Source: Octopus sinensis (Eukaryota). Taken from it: a DNA stretch of 64,000 nt. Both the position numbers and the translations under genes were made by a program. Where the stretch lies: the NCBI RefSeq assembly GCF_006345805.1, contig NC_042999.1:17732001-17796000 (forward strand), given 5' to 3'. This document shows, piece by piece, positions 1 through 11,949 of this stretch; the first letter of the stretch is position 1, and each line of letters starts with the position of its first letter. Under the pieces are notes generated by a model. That model saw only the letters and a program-made list of their open reading frames with translations, did not search any database and was not told the origin of the DNA.

Positions 1-211
1 GTCAGCCTCGTCTGGCACCTGTGTCGGTGGCACATAAAATCACCCACTACACTCTCGGAGTGGTTGGCGTTAGGAAGGGCATCCAGCTGTAGAAACACTG
101 CCAGATCTGACTGGACTGGTGCAGCTTTCGGGCTCCCCAGACCCCAGTTGAACGTCCAACCCATGCTAGCATGGAAAGCGGACGTTAAATGATGATGATG
201 ATGATGATGAT
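1..211 (+). mobile_element. 3' end of a retroposon (RTE-type LINE or its SINE) with (GAT)n tail
   Basis: GC-richer segment ending catgctagcatggaaagcggacgttaaat followed by (gat)n, the tail style of RTE-related elements; 5' part lies outside the window. Confidence 0.6.
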
Positions 212-275
212 ATATATTATAATATATATATATATATATAAAATATATATAGTATATATAATATATATATTATAT

Positions 276-330
<55 letters not shown>

Positions 331-510
331 AATATATATATATATAAATATATATATATATAAAATATATTATATATATATATTATATATATATAAATAT
401 ATATATAATATATAAATATATATATATATATATATAAACATATATATAATAATATTATATATATATAAATATATATATATTATATATATATATTATATAT
501 ATAATTAATA

Positions 511-545
<35 letters not shown>

Positions 546-563
546 ATAATATATATATATATA
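212..563. repeat. Imperfect (TA)n microsatellite
   Basis: Direct inspection. Confidence 0.95.
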
Positions 564-565
564 AC

Positions 566-869
566 GGAAATGAAGAAAATGCTGACAAAATAATTTAAGT
601 AATTTAAGTAATATAATTAGGTGAAAGTTATTTTACCGGTTGCGTTTGTAATGCTTATCAAAAGATAATTTTTTTAAAGAGAGATAGAGTTCTTTTCTGA
701 TAGATTTTTCCTCTTATCAGATAAGAGGAAAAAATCTATCAGAAAGAACTCTATCTCTCTTTAAAAAGTTATCTTTTGATAAGTATAACAAATGCGCAAT
801 CGTTAAAAGAACTTTCACCTATTAACTTACTTAAATTACTTAAATTATTTTGTCAGCATTTTCATTTCC
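566..869. repeat. ~300 bp near-perfect palindrome (fold-back or MITE-like)
   Basis: 566-718 is the reverse complement of 720-869 (ggaaatg...cctcttatc-a-gataagagg...catttcc), 1-nt centre, scattered mismatches in the outer arms. Confidence 0.9.
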
Positions 870-909
870 TTTTTTATATATCACAACTCGTGTTCCACAT
901 CTCCTTTTT

Positions 910-922
910 TAAATATATATAT

Positions 923-955
<33 letters not shown>

Positions 956-1079
956 ATATATATATTATATATATAGATATATATTATATATATATATATA
1001 CATATATATGTGTAGATATATATGTGTGTGTGTGTATATATATATGTATACATATATATATGTGTGTGTCTGTATATAT

Positions 1080-1120
<41 letters not shown>
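910..1120. repeat. (TA)n/(TG)n compound microsatellite
   Basis: Direct inspection; source of the YI-repeat ORFs. Confidence 0.95.
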
Positions 1121-1123
<3 letters not shown>

Positions 1124-1925
1124 TGCATAGTACTCTTTCTGCTTCCCAGATTTTCACGTATCGTTGGAATGTAACACCCACGATAGTCGAGAGATTGCCA
1201 TTTACTGAAAGGCAATACGGTAGCAATCCGATAAAATGATAGTCAGGACATGTATACACTTTGTTTGGACCCATATAGTTTATGAGTTAATATTGTAGCG
1301 AAAACTACCGTCTTTCCGCTGCCTGTAGAAATGATATATTGTCTAATAAGCAAAATTTATCAATGTAGGGATGTATATGTTTGTAGGAACCTACGTCGCA
1401 ATATGTAAGTGTCATCTAGCTGCTTCAATGTCATGTTGATTAGAATTCCAACTCCGTTACAGCTGGATGTGATCAATCTGTTGAAAAGAACACGAACTGA
1501 TATTTAATTAACTTCCATATTTTTTTCAGACGGTTAAACTTTCTAAACCACCTGAATATATATTTTCGTTTCACATTAAGATCAATGCCTTAAACGACAA
1601 TACCTAATAAAGACACACACCATCCCGTTAATACCAGAAGGATTCTAGAGATTTTTATAGTATTCCTTAGGTGAGAGTCAGCAATGGATACATATATCAT
1701 TTTTGTAAATGCATAGAATGAATATAGTAAAATATAACGAAAGGCACAATTGACATTCAAATAAGTGATGAATTTCTGGAGCATGCTCCACAAGAGAAAT
1801 ATTATATAGAAGATTATCACATGGAAGCTGAGAAAGAAATGCCTGATAGAAAATGTATAGTATGACGGTCAAATAGTTTCTGTTTATGATAACTGAGTCA
1901 CATATGCTACACACACAAACATACA

Positions 1926-1966
<41 letters not shown>

Positions 1967-2050
1967 AACACTCACATACAACACACACACACAAACACAC
2001 AACACATATATATATATTATATATATATATATTATATGTATGTACATATA

Positions 2051-2233
2051 TTAGCGATTTGTTCCTTCTGTCTTCCCTTCTCGGAATCTGTCCTTCTCCT
2101 ATGTTTTCGACGAAGAGCTCCGCTCGAAACGTTAAACCCTCCTTCTTCCCCTCTTTCCTGAACGTCAATAATACTAATGTTGTTCCACGTCCTCGCGTTG
2201 TTGTGTTGTTTTTGTGTTTTTGTTGGATTTAAC
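2051..2233 (+). mobile_element. Short non-autonomous HHR-bearing element (Penelope-terminus-like)
   Basis: Pyrimidine-rich unit between TA arrays carrying the HHR fold at 2103-2137. Confidence 0.5.
2103..2137 (+). ncRNA. Minimal type I hammerhead ribozyme, degenerate core
   Basis: Stem I gttt/aaac; core tcgacga+a (canonical CUGANGA); stem II gagc-tcc-gctc; GAAA; palindromic stem III ACGT; GUU site. Confidence 0.6.
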
Positions 2234-2245
2234 TATATATATATA

Positions 2246-2296
<51 letters not shown>

Positions 2297-4154
2297 TATA
2301 TACATACGTGTGTGTGTGTGATATACATAAAATCCTAACCGGCACAATATATGTATATTTCTTAAATTTGAACTTCTTTAAGTCACTTTGCTTGAAATTC
2401 TTTATGCGCAACGCAATACACTTGGTTCTCTTCATCAGTGCTATTGGTGAGAAAATACGTTTAAAAAGAAACATTCCCTTACAGAGAGTGCTAAGTTTAT
2501 GTTATATTTTATAATAATATTTTATGCATAAAGCTTTTAATCTACCTCATAAAATTTTTATTACATTGGCTGGACTCTGTCTCTTCCTCCTACTTTCTCC
2601 GTACCAGATATGTGTAAGTCTGCTTATGCAAGTCCCTACGGATCATCCGGCCTACATTTGGCTATATACGGGGTCTTTTTGTCGCGCGCTTCTTTATCAT
2701 CACAATTCAGTCTCACCCCGATTTGTTCCGCGCATGGGATCTAATTTTGTTTATTTGTGTTTTGTGGCATATAAAAACTACACACTTTTTTGCGATGTAT
2801 CTTTGCCTCTAGCGCTAAAGAACTGATTAGATTAATTGAATGGAGATTTAAGGCAGACAGGATTGGATAATCAATGACGGTCATTTTTCTGAAACAAGTA
2901 GACAAATATAAAACAGAAAATACCGGTTACTTTTCTCGTGCTAACTTTCATTATGATACGGGAAAGCCGCGCACTGAGCCGCCTGGAATTATGAATTTTT
3001 TTCGCAGACCACGTTGGATATAAGAGTTGAGCATTGAACCTATCTCCACTTACCCAAACGTTCAGCACAACGTCGGGGTTTGCGGTATGCCTTTTAAGTG
3101 CATATGACACATATGATACATGAAACCGTAAACAAGCACATACAGTGGAATGCAACACGCTGCATCTCGGAAAGAAATTTACTAGGAGCGTATTAGAAAT
3201 ATTTCACGATATTCATTCTTACAGTTTTAAAAGAAACTAAGAAAAAGACAAGTCATGTACGAAATGCGTTACGGCGTGCAGACGTTACATACTTTTGCGA
3301 TGCTGTGTTCCTTAATATTAAAGCAAACGAAAAGAATATGAACAAACGATGAAAATATAGACGGTTCTGTTTTTTTTTTCCAAATGCATATATATATGTA
3401 CACATTGGAGAACCATTCGTGCTGAATATTTCCTTTTCCATTATCCCGTCTTTCCAGGAGCTATTTTTCGGATATTTAGTTTTAATTTTCCTCATTCTTC
3501 GGCTTTGTTCTTGTGCACAGCCGATTTTATTGTTGTATGCTTTCTACTTTGTTCGGAAAATATTAGATATGTTTCGTTTTCCCAAACCTATTGAAAAAAA
3601 AATATGCGATATATATTTTGCTATACATTATGCCGAGTCTCAATTTCATTTCTTCCTAACAACGCTTTCTCTTCCTGCATGAATATAACTCATACAACCA
3701 GCAACATCAATTCTGCTTACAACGTGGAATGTGAAACAAAATACCTATAGAGAAGAAGACTTCATATTATCTGCTGTCAGCTGTTACTCACTCAGAAATA
3801 ATGTCTTAGTGGAGAGAGATTCTACATACACCCACCAGGCTCGAAATGGCTAATATTGAAGAAATGAAAACTATACCGCAAAAAATTATGTGGCTATCTA
3901 CAGACAAGAGACACTTGAATATATATTAATGTCGGACGCTAGCCCATTCATACAATATCTAAAATAATATTTCGCTACATATCTCGCCACTACGACACAA
4001 CCAAAGAAAGTCTAAATCGCATCTATATTTTTGTATGAGAATATTAAAAACATATTGAACAACAGTAGTGAATTGGTAGAATCAAAAGCACAACATAGAA
4101 GGTTCAGCATATTTCTTCCGACTTTACGTTCTGAGATACGACTGCAGGCTATTT

Positions 4155-4234
4155 TACTGTTCAACTTAATCGAAAGACTTACACTTGGATCTATGTAATC
4201 AACTTGACTCTTCCCTTAAAACTGATTGCTTTCT
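4155..4234 (+). repeat. Left copy of ~80 bp direct repeat flanking a SINE
   Basis: tactgttcaacttaatcgaaag...gattgctttct is repeated at 4706-4784. Confidence 0.9.
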
Positions 4235-4440
4235 ACTCTTTTACTCTTTCAGTCATTTGACTGTGGCCATGCTGGAGCTCCGCATTTAGTCGAGCAAACC
4301 GACACCAGTACTTATTCTTTGTAAATCTAGTACTTATTCTATTGGTCGCTTTTTGCCAAACCGCTATATTGCGAGGACGTAAACACACCGGATCGGTTGT
4401 CAAGCGATGTTGGGGGGAAAAAAACAGACACACAAACAAC

Positions 4441-4538
<98 letters not shown>

Positions 4539-4705
4539 TACACATATATATACGGGTTCCTTCAGTTTCTGTCTACCAAATCCACTCACAAGGCTTTGGT
4601 CGGCCCGAGGCTATAGCAGAAGACACCTGCCCAAGGTGCCACGCAGTGGGAGTCAACCCGGAACCATGTGGTTCGTAAGCAAGCTACTTACCACACAGCC
4701 ACTCC
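4235..4705 (-). mobile_element. tRNA-derived SINE family 1 (internal CA/TA microsatellite)
   Basis: Head aggagtggctgtgtggtaag...ggttccgggttgactcccactgc (B-box-like), tail gactgaaagagtaaaagag; about 10 homologues in the window. Confidence 0.88.
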
Positions 4706-4784
4706 TACTGTTTAACTTGATCGAAAGATTTACACTTGGATCTATGTAACCAACTTCATTTTGTTTTAAAATTGATCGCTTTCT
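4706..4784 (+). repeat. Right copy of ~80 bp direct repeat
   Basis: Matches 4155-4234 at roughly 85% by eye. Confidence 0.9.
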
Positions 4785-4860
4785 GTGAAAAATTATAAAG
4801 ACTTGGAGAAACATAACGAAGGTGAGAATTTTTCGGACTACACCACAATTACAAAAAAAA

Positions 4861-5180
4861 AAGTGGTTGTATGATAATTTGCTTCCCAACCATATGGTTG
4901 CAGGTTCAGTCCCACTGCGTGACACTTTCAGCAAGTGTGTTCTACGAGAGCTTTGAGTTCATTTGACAGATGAAAATTGCCAGAAGACAGTCCTGTGTGT
5001 GGGTGTGCTTGTATTTGTTCCGCATTACTGCTTGACAACCGGTGTCGGTTCGTCTACGCCCCTGTAACTTAATGATTCGGCAAAAAGGATATAAAGGAGA
5101 TGATAGCCTGAGTACTAGGCTTAATATAAGTATTCGAAACAAGAAGTCCGGCTTAAACCATTAAAGGCGGTCTTGTAGCA
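4861..5180 (+). mobile_element. SINE family 1, diverged copy
   Basis: ggttcagtcccactgcgtgacactttcagcaagtgt ... gcttgacaaccgg ... taaaggcgg match family 1. Confidence 0.75.
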
Positions 5181-5302
5181 ACAATAACTGAATCAGGTTA
5201 AAATAATTTTTCAATGTTTAATCAGAGAAAAATGCCAAACGTCATTTGCGAAATTACTCCAAACACATCTCTCCCCCCCTCTCTCTGTCTCTCGCCCTCT
5301 CC

Positions 5303-5343
<41 letters not shown>

Positions 5344-5516
5344 CTCTCGCTCACTCACAGACAGTCACACACGAAATGGCGAGTGATAATCTCTTCAGTC
5401 ATGTTAGTTTCGAAATACAAAGGGTAATGTTTACGCCAGTCAGATGTTTCAATAATGTGAATATACGTTATTTATTAAAAATCTTTTGTCGATTATATAT
5501 ACATATACATATATAT

Positions 5517-5566
<50 letters not shown>

Positions 5567-5886
5567 GTATGTGTATGTGTATGTTGTAGGTACGTATGTG
5601 TATGCATGGATGTTTACTACATATACTTATATATATATATATGATATACACATAGATACGTGTAGACATATATGTACATGTATGTGTGAGTGCGCGCACA
5701 TGCTTACTCATATGCGAATAAACGCATGTGAATACACATGAAAACTTAAGTACTGAAATATATCTTTAAACTTCGCACTAACCGCTTTTTCTCTGGGTTT
5801 ATTCGAAGAATGTCAGTCTGGTTGTGACTTTTATAATCTTCACATGTTTCTGGTTCTTTCCTTACAATTTCTATTCTGCCATATAT

Positions 5887-5958
<72 letters not shown>

Positions 5959-6214
5959 GTTACGTTTTCTTCATTTTTACTTTTCCAATTACGCCTTTGA
6001 TCGTTATGCAGTTTGAGCTAATATAGTTAGAATGAAAACGAAACTTTCTCACAGAACGTGATCATTGTAGTATGAATACACTTAGTGATCACAATAAAAC
6101 CTCTCTGTTTTTTTTCAGGTTTGCATTTTCAAAAGATAGAAAAAGGAAACTTATTTCTCCAATATATTGCAGTCGGACGAAAAAACCAAAATATATAAAT
6201 ATATAAATAAAATA

Positions 6215-6226
6215 AATAAGTAAAAA

Positions 6227-6257
<31 letters not shown>

Positions 6258-6310
6258 TAATGATGATGATAATAATAATAATAATGATAATAATAATAAT
6301 AATGATAATG

Positions 6311-6356
<46 letters not shown>

Positions 6357-6441
6357 CGATAATGATAATAATAATAATGATGATGATGATGATGATAATA
6401 ATGATACTAATAACAGTAATAATAATGATAACAATAATAAC

Positions 6442-6473
<32 letters not shown>

Positions 6474-6480
6474 TGATGAT

Positions 6481-6536
<56 letters not shown>

Positions 6537-6543
6537 GATGATG

Positions 6544-6579
<36 letters not shown>

Positions 6580-6617
6580 GTAATAGTAACAATAATGATA
6601 ATAATAATAATAATAAC

Positions 6618-6655
<38 letters not shown>

Positions 6656-6680
6656 TAATAATAATAACATATAAATAAAT
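6215..6680. repeat. Compound (AAAT)n-(AAT)n-(GAT)n-(AAT)n microsatellite
   Basis: Direct inspection; source of the poly-I/M/L ORFs. Confidence 0.95.
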
Positions 6681-7250
6681 AAAAGAAAGGTAAAATTCTG
6701 CGGAAAAAATCAGAAACTCATATCTTTTAAGGCGAAGAAATATATATCACAAAGTTAATTATATCTACCATTGATGTAAAAGAACACACAATGAGCGCGC
6801 GCTACACACAGACACACATATAACTGATACGTGTGTGTATGTGTATATATGCGTACACGTTCGTTTCTTTGTGCTTCTTCTTTTGTAATACGTCCATGTG
6901 TAAGAACACTCGTTTATATGCGTATGTGTGTGTAAATATTACGAAGTATTTGAGTCGCATAGAAACAATAACTAGAAAGTATACTCAGCACAAATATTAT
7001 TGTTGCGCTGATAAATTACTGACTTTATAACCTACATTCCCTTGCTCCGCCATTTCCACTATCACTCTCTCTTTCTCTGTCTTCTCTCTCTGTGTCTCAC
7101 TCACTGTCTCTCTCTCTCTTTCTCTCCTCTTTCTCTCCCTCTCTCTCTGTGCATATATTAATACATGCATTGATTCATATTGTGTGTACGTACTTCTGTG
7201 TGCGTATATGTGTTTATGTATATGCGTACGTATATATGTTTATTATATGC

Positions 7251-7312
<62 letters not shown>

Positions 7313-7378
7313 TAGATAGATAGATAGATATAGATATATGTATATGCCTGCATGCAGATATATATATATATATATTAT

Positions 7379-7430
<52 letters not shown>

Positions 7431-7474
7431 ATAGATAGATAGATAGATATAGATATATGTATATGCCTGCATGC

Positions 7475-7524
<50 letters not shown>

Positions 7525-8962
7525 TATATATACATACATACATATACATACAAATTTACATTAGATGTATATGACTACACCTGTATACTGGTTTATCTGT
7601 ATATATATGTGTGTGTGTTTGTGTGTGAGTGGCTGCCTGTATGTATGCCTATAAGGACATGTGTGTGTTAACGGTTATGATTATAACGTTTTAAAATATA
7701 TGTATTTTTCTTTCACTTTTTATATTTGTCCTTTTTAAATTATTATCTGATCAAAGCGGAACAATATTCTATATAAAGCCAAAACATAAACACATCGCAC
7801 ATTGCCATCATTTTCCAAATTATAGTGCAATAAACATTTTATTACAAAATGCATATTAGAACTCTCGCTTAACATCAGAATTTTATAGTACAGGATTGCA
7901 TTTGTTATAACCTTTTAACTCGGAGATCACCAAACCTTACAGCAAATATTCAACAATAGTTCCACATTTTAATTTCACGTTATATTCTCTTCGCAACACT
8001 TTTATGCGTTCTATCACCGAGATTTTTGATGATACATTGGAATAAATTAGAAACATATCATGCAATATTCCCACCGCCTCACGGAATATTTATTTGCTAC
8101 AGAGTTACTGAGTTTCATTCTTAAAGCTGTAGCAATAACAACAGCTCGAAATCGAATAAGAATAGTTATAATATTTTCTATTATAGGCAGAAAGCCTAAA
8201 ATTTTAGAGGAGTGGTCTTACTAGTAGAGACAACAAAGGCAGAGGTAATAATAAAAAATAGTAGTAATATTAGTAATATTGGCAACTATGATAATATTAA
8301 AACCATTAATGATATTCTCTAATAACTGCACTAAATACACTTTAACTGCCCTGTTGTTTCTCAAATTTTATCTCCATTTTTTTCTTCGTGTACAGTTAGA
8401 ATAATTGGAAAAGAGAACTGTTGAACTTCAAAAATATATTCGTTATTTTTAATTGAAATGGTAAACACGTTTGGTATTCGAGTCTCGTATATCACTTCTG
8501 AACACATAGAAAACACTTTCCACAAGGGCTTTTGATTTTGTTCTTATTGTTCGGTTTTAGCTTTTCTTATCAGATTTAAAATTGGTTAAATACAAAGAGA
8601 GAAGAGAAATATATCAGATATATGCGTATATAGTGCAGATTTATAAATGACATAACGAGTGCTGTAATATTTTCATATGAAATATTATTGCTTTAAACGC
8701 GATATTTGCAACCATATAATGTGATCGGTGTTATGGATTTCGAGTTTAAATCTGAACTATTCGTTGAAGAATGATATTCCAACAAGAAATGTTTTGTTTA
8801 GATAAAAATAATATTAAGTGCATTTACATTGCATCTTATCGTGTGATTTAAAGATATCGGTGCTGTTACGGTTGCCCAGCTGTTCACAGGCCATTTCTTT
8901 GTCTTCTAATGCCTATCGCTTTTAGTATGTGCCTGAAGGAAGAAAATATTACTCTTCTTGTA

Positions 8963-9352
8963 TTACTCTTTTACTTGTTTCAGTCATTTGACTGCGACCA
9001 TGCTGGAGCACCGCCTTTTAGTTGAGCAAATCAACCCCAGGACTTATTCTTTGTAAGCCTAGGACTCATTCTATCGGGTCCTTTTGTCGAACAATTAAGT
9101 TACGGTGTCATAAAGACACCAACATCGGTAGTCAAGCGATGTTGAGGGGGAACAAACACAGATACACAAACACACACACATATACATATATACGTCGGGC
9201 GTCTTTCAGTTTCCCTCTACCAAACTCACTCATAAGGATTTGGTCGTCCCGAGGCTGTAGTAGAAAGCACTTGCCCAATGTGCTACGCAGTGGGACTAAA
9301 CCAGGAACCATGTGGTTCGTAAGCAAGCTACTTACCACATAGCAACTCCTGC
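8963..9352 (-). mobile_element. SINE family 1
   Basis: Full-length match to 4235-4705. Confidence 0.88.
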
Positions 9353-10141
9353 ATACAATTATTTAAAAAATATCCGTGTACACTTGAGCAAAAGAAAACA
9401 TATTCTGAATACATTGTCTCGAGAAATAAATTACATTATAGACAATTGCTGTGCAATAGAGGCTAGTGGGCTACGATTGCTATCGAACCGAGGATTGAAG
9501 CGATTCTGCATGTCGTCAACAATGGATACTAACACAAAGAGCTCGTTGCTGTAGCAGAACAGTAAATGCTACATTTGCTGATGTGTGCAAAAGTTTTTTT
9601 AAGCTATGGTTTAGCCGAAGCGCACTAGGTAACATTGAATGAAATGTAGTTGTGTACGGTTATATTTAACATGTCAAAACATGTTTTATGTTATATTTCA
9701 GCAGCACGAACACTAAATAATTTTGAAATCATTTCAATGTGATGATGGTCGTTTTTCTCTTAATCTTGGCAGGAGAAGAAGAAATAATTTCGTTGGTTTT
9801 CTATCGATATAAGTTTCCACTCACTTGTGCCCCTCCCATTTTTTCCATATTTGTTGTTTTCATACACATTAATAACTCTGTCCAGCCCGCAGCTACCTTT
9901 ATCTGTGTTCGATCTTCATGGTCAATTCGATGAAATAAAGTTTCCACTCAATATTTTGTACGAATAATAAGTGATTCTATACCTGGGAATTAAAATACAA
10001 CGGTAGCCACACGATCATCACCAGCATCAATTTTTCCCTATAACCAGAAAATCTAGTTCACAAAGTAGAAAGAACAGGATATGTACTTTCTTTTTACAAA
10101 ACTATCTATATTCGCATTACGTGATGATTCAACTTATATAT

Positions 10142-10372
10142 ATTTCTTTACTACCCACAAGGGCCTAAACACAAAGGGGACAAACAAGGACAGACAAACG
10201 GATTAAGTCGATTACATCGATCCCAGTGCGTAACTGGTACTTAATTTATCGACCCCGAAAGGATGAAAGGCAAAGTCGACTTCGTTGGAATTTGAACTCA
10301 GAACGTAACGGCAGACGAAATGCAGCTACGCATTTCGCCCGGCGTGCTAACGTTTCTGCCAGCTCGCCGCCT
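10142..10372 (-). mobile_element. tRNA-derived SINE family 2
   Basis: Head ggcggcgagctggcagaaacgttagc...gagttcaaattcc (A/B-box-like), tail ccccttgtgggtagtaaagaaat; homologues at 19191, 41331, 53911 and others. Confidence 0.88.
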
Positions 10373-10930
10373 TTTTTATATAGATGTGTTATTTATACAA
10401 CAGGATGTCCGCTGTTAAACATGGAACATGCTAAACACGTGAAAACATTAAAATTATAAATCTCATATTGATGCAATTGTTCCACTGCATATTTATATCT
10501 TTGTATGATGGCGCCTTATAGTGGACCGTATAATTTTATTTTATACATATTCTCTAGTATTTTGTCATGAGAGCAAAATTCGTATTTCGTTCTTACTAAA
10601 TAATTTGTAGATATATTAGATTTAGCCCGCCTTTGAAACTATAACACATAAACGATGGCATTTGTGAAATATGTCTTCTTAACCGGGCATCTCTTAAGAA
10701 GGGTAAATGAAAATTGTATTTTATTACCTTCAAATGTTAAGGTCAGATTGATATTTGCAAACATATTACAGCAGCCAAGCTTCCGATGAGCTTGTGGGTT
10801 TTCATATTTCTCTTCTATGAAATAAGAAAGAGAAGCTGGAATATCTCACATATAATATCCATATTTTGTACACTATTTATAAACATATAGAAAATCCACA
10901 CCTTTAAATCTATGCTTACAATCCTGAATC

Positions 10931-11240
<310 letters not shown>

Positions 11241-11254
11241 ACAAGGATTGTGTG

Positions 11255-11527
11255 AAGCACCAATTTTGCTAAAAGTAGGAGTCAAAATTACTTCGAAGCC
11301 ACAAAAAATAAAACTAGATTTTCACGGGCATTTTTGGAAAGAACGAAGTGAATAAGGTTTGTGCCTTATCTCTGCAAAATTGCTAGAAGAAATACCACTT
11401 AACCTGGCATCATGATTTCTAATTTAGCACTTGAAGTCTACTCATAGCAAACTTATATATCACTTCGAACAATGCCTCTGTTGGGTTCAGCGTCTCCAAC
11501 GCGAATTGAGAGACGGAACTAAGTGAA

Positions 11528-11558
<31 letters not shown>

Positions 11559-11560
11559 AT
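11255..11560 (+). mobile_element. Unclassified retroposon 3' end with (AAAT)n tail
   Basis: Homologous to 14130-14410 (opposite strand); ends actaagtgaataaataaat, a tail also seen near 20845-20870. Confidence 0.6.
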
Positions 11561-11565
11561 ATATA

Positions 11566-11745
11566 TATCGAAACGTAGAGTAGATGAAACCTTTAGCGAC
11601 TGAAGAAGGGGTTTGTTCTTTGTGTTAATTGTCTTGTACTATTTTTTTTTGCTGTTTTAAAAAAATGTCCAGTTCCTTTGATCTGTGTCTATGTTTTCGT
11701 TTCTCATTGTGTTCGACGTCCTTTTGGTGTCCTGTACTCATATAT
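11566..11745 (+). mobile_element. Penelope-terminus-like fragment with half an HHR (cGAAAC-GTA-gagta)
   Basis: Same style as the 2051 and 54450 units; 5' half of the ribozyme is absent. Confidence 0.35.
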
Positions 11746-11819
11746 GCGTGTATATGTACATGTAGAGGTAGGTACGTACATATATGCTTATATATATGCA
11801 TATGTTTTATTTTATTTAT

Positions 11820-11855
<36 letters not shown>

Positions 11856-11949
11856 GAGTGTATTTTACCTTGTTAACAATTAACACGGATAAATGAATGA
11901 ATAGTTACCAGGGCAGCAAAATCTCACAAGTAAAGATGTTGTAACTCCT

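Noticed and set aside
984-1820. Hydrophobic minus-strand ORFs resembling GPCR helices ([11 protein letters not shown])
   Set aside because: Short and discontinuous, no further TM pattern; probably antisense shadows of an A-rich plus strand
3700-4140. LLTTWNV motif suggesting an APE endonuclease or 5-phosphatase start
   Set aside because: No downstream catalytic motifs and multiple stops
6119-6200. Strong acceptor followed by GLHFQKIEKGNLFLQYIAVGRKNQNI*
   Set aside because: No recognisable homology, donor or partner exon; T-rich acceptor-like sites are common here
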